From Balanoglossus misakiensis (lineage: Eukaryota > Animalia > Hemichordata): a DNA stretch of 64,000 nucleotides. Of the stretch, positions 63,961 to 64,000 are shown piece after piece. The notes beneath the pieces were generated by a model that saw only the letters and a program-made list of their open reading frames with translations, did not search any database and was not told the origin of the DNA. The position numbers were made by a program, and so were the translations under genes. Numbering within the stretch: position 1 is the first letter of the stretch; each line of letters opens with the position of its first letter. The stretch lies in contig CM082589.2 in NCBI GenBank assembly GCA_040954595.2, positions 1-64,000 on the forward strand, given 5' to 3'.

Positions 63961-64000
63961 CACGTTTAAATTAAATACGGTACTTCTAAGTATGTTTTTT

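Overview
This is metazoan (probably marine invertebrate) nuclear DNA, not prokaryotic. It has three zones. (1) 1-26885 is a GC/CpG-rich composite satellite block: a 52-bp array, a 46/32-bp array, a 21-bp minisatellite and a G-rich 46-bp minisatellite. All the giant ORFs in the track here are repeat artefacts. (2) 26886-37300 is AT-rich duplicated or repeat DNA: a diverged ~0.8-1 kb direct duplication, a short TTAGGG tract, ~18 copies of a ~283-bp unit that looks like an amplified minus-strand exon+intron, an inverted repeat, and a triplicated 389-bp CpG-rich unit. (3) ~38000-64000 holds a complete minus-strand dystrobrevin gene. I could join 17 coding exons by hand with canonical GT-AG sites and consistent phases (~745 aa; EF-hand region, ZZ finger, syntrophin-binding site, coiled coils, acidic Tyr-repeat tail). 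There is also a candidate 18-nt microexon and a probable non-coding first exon/promoter near 63.5-64 kb. No CRISPR, rRNA or intact tRNA was seen. All coordinates, counts and similarities were worked out by eye.
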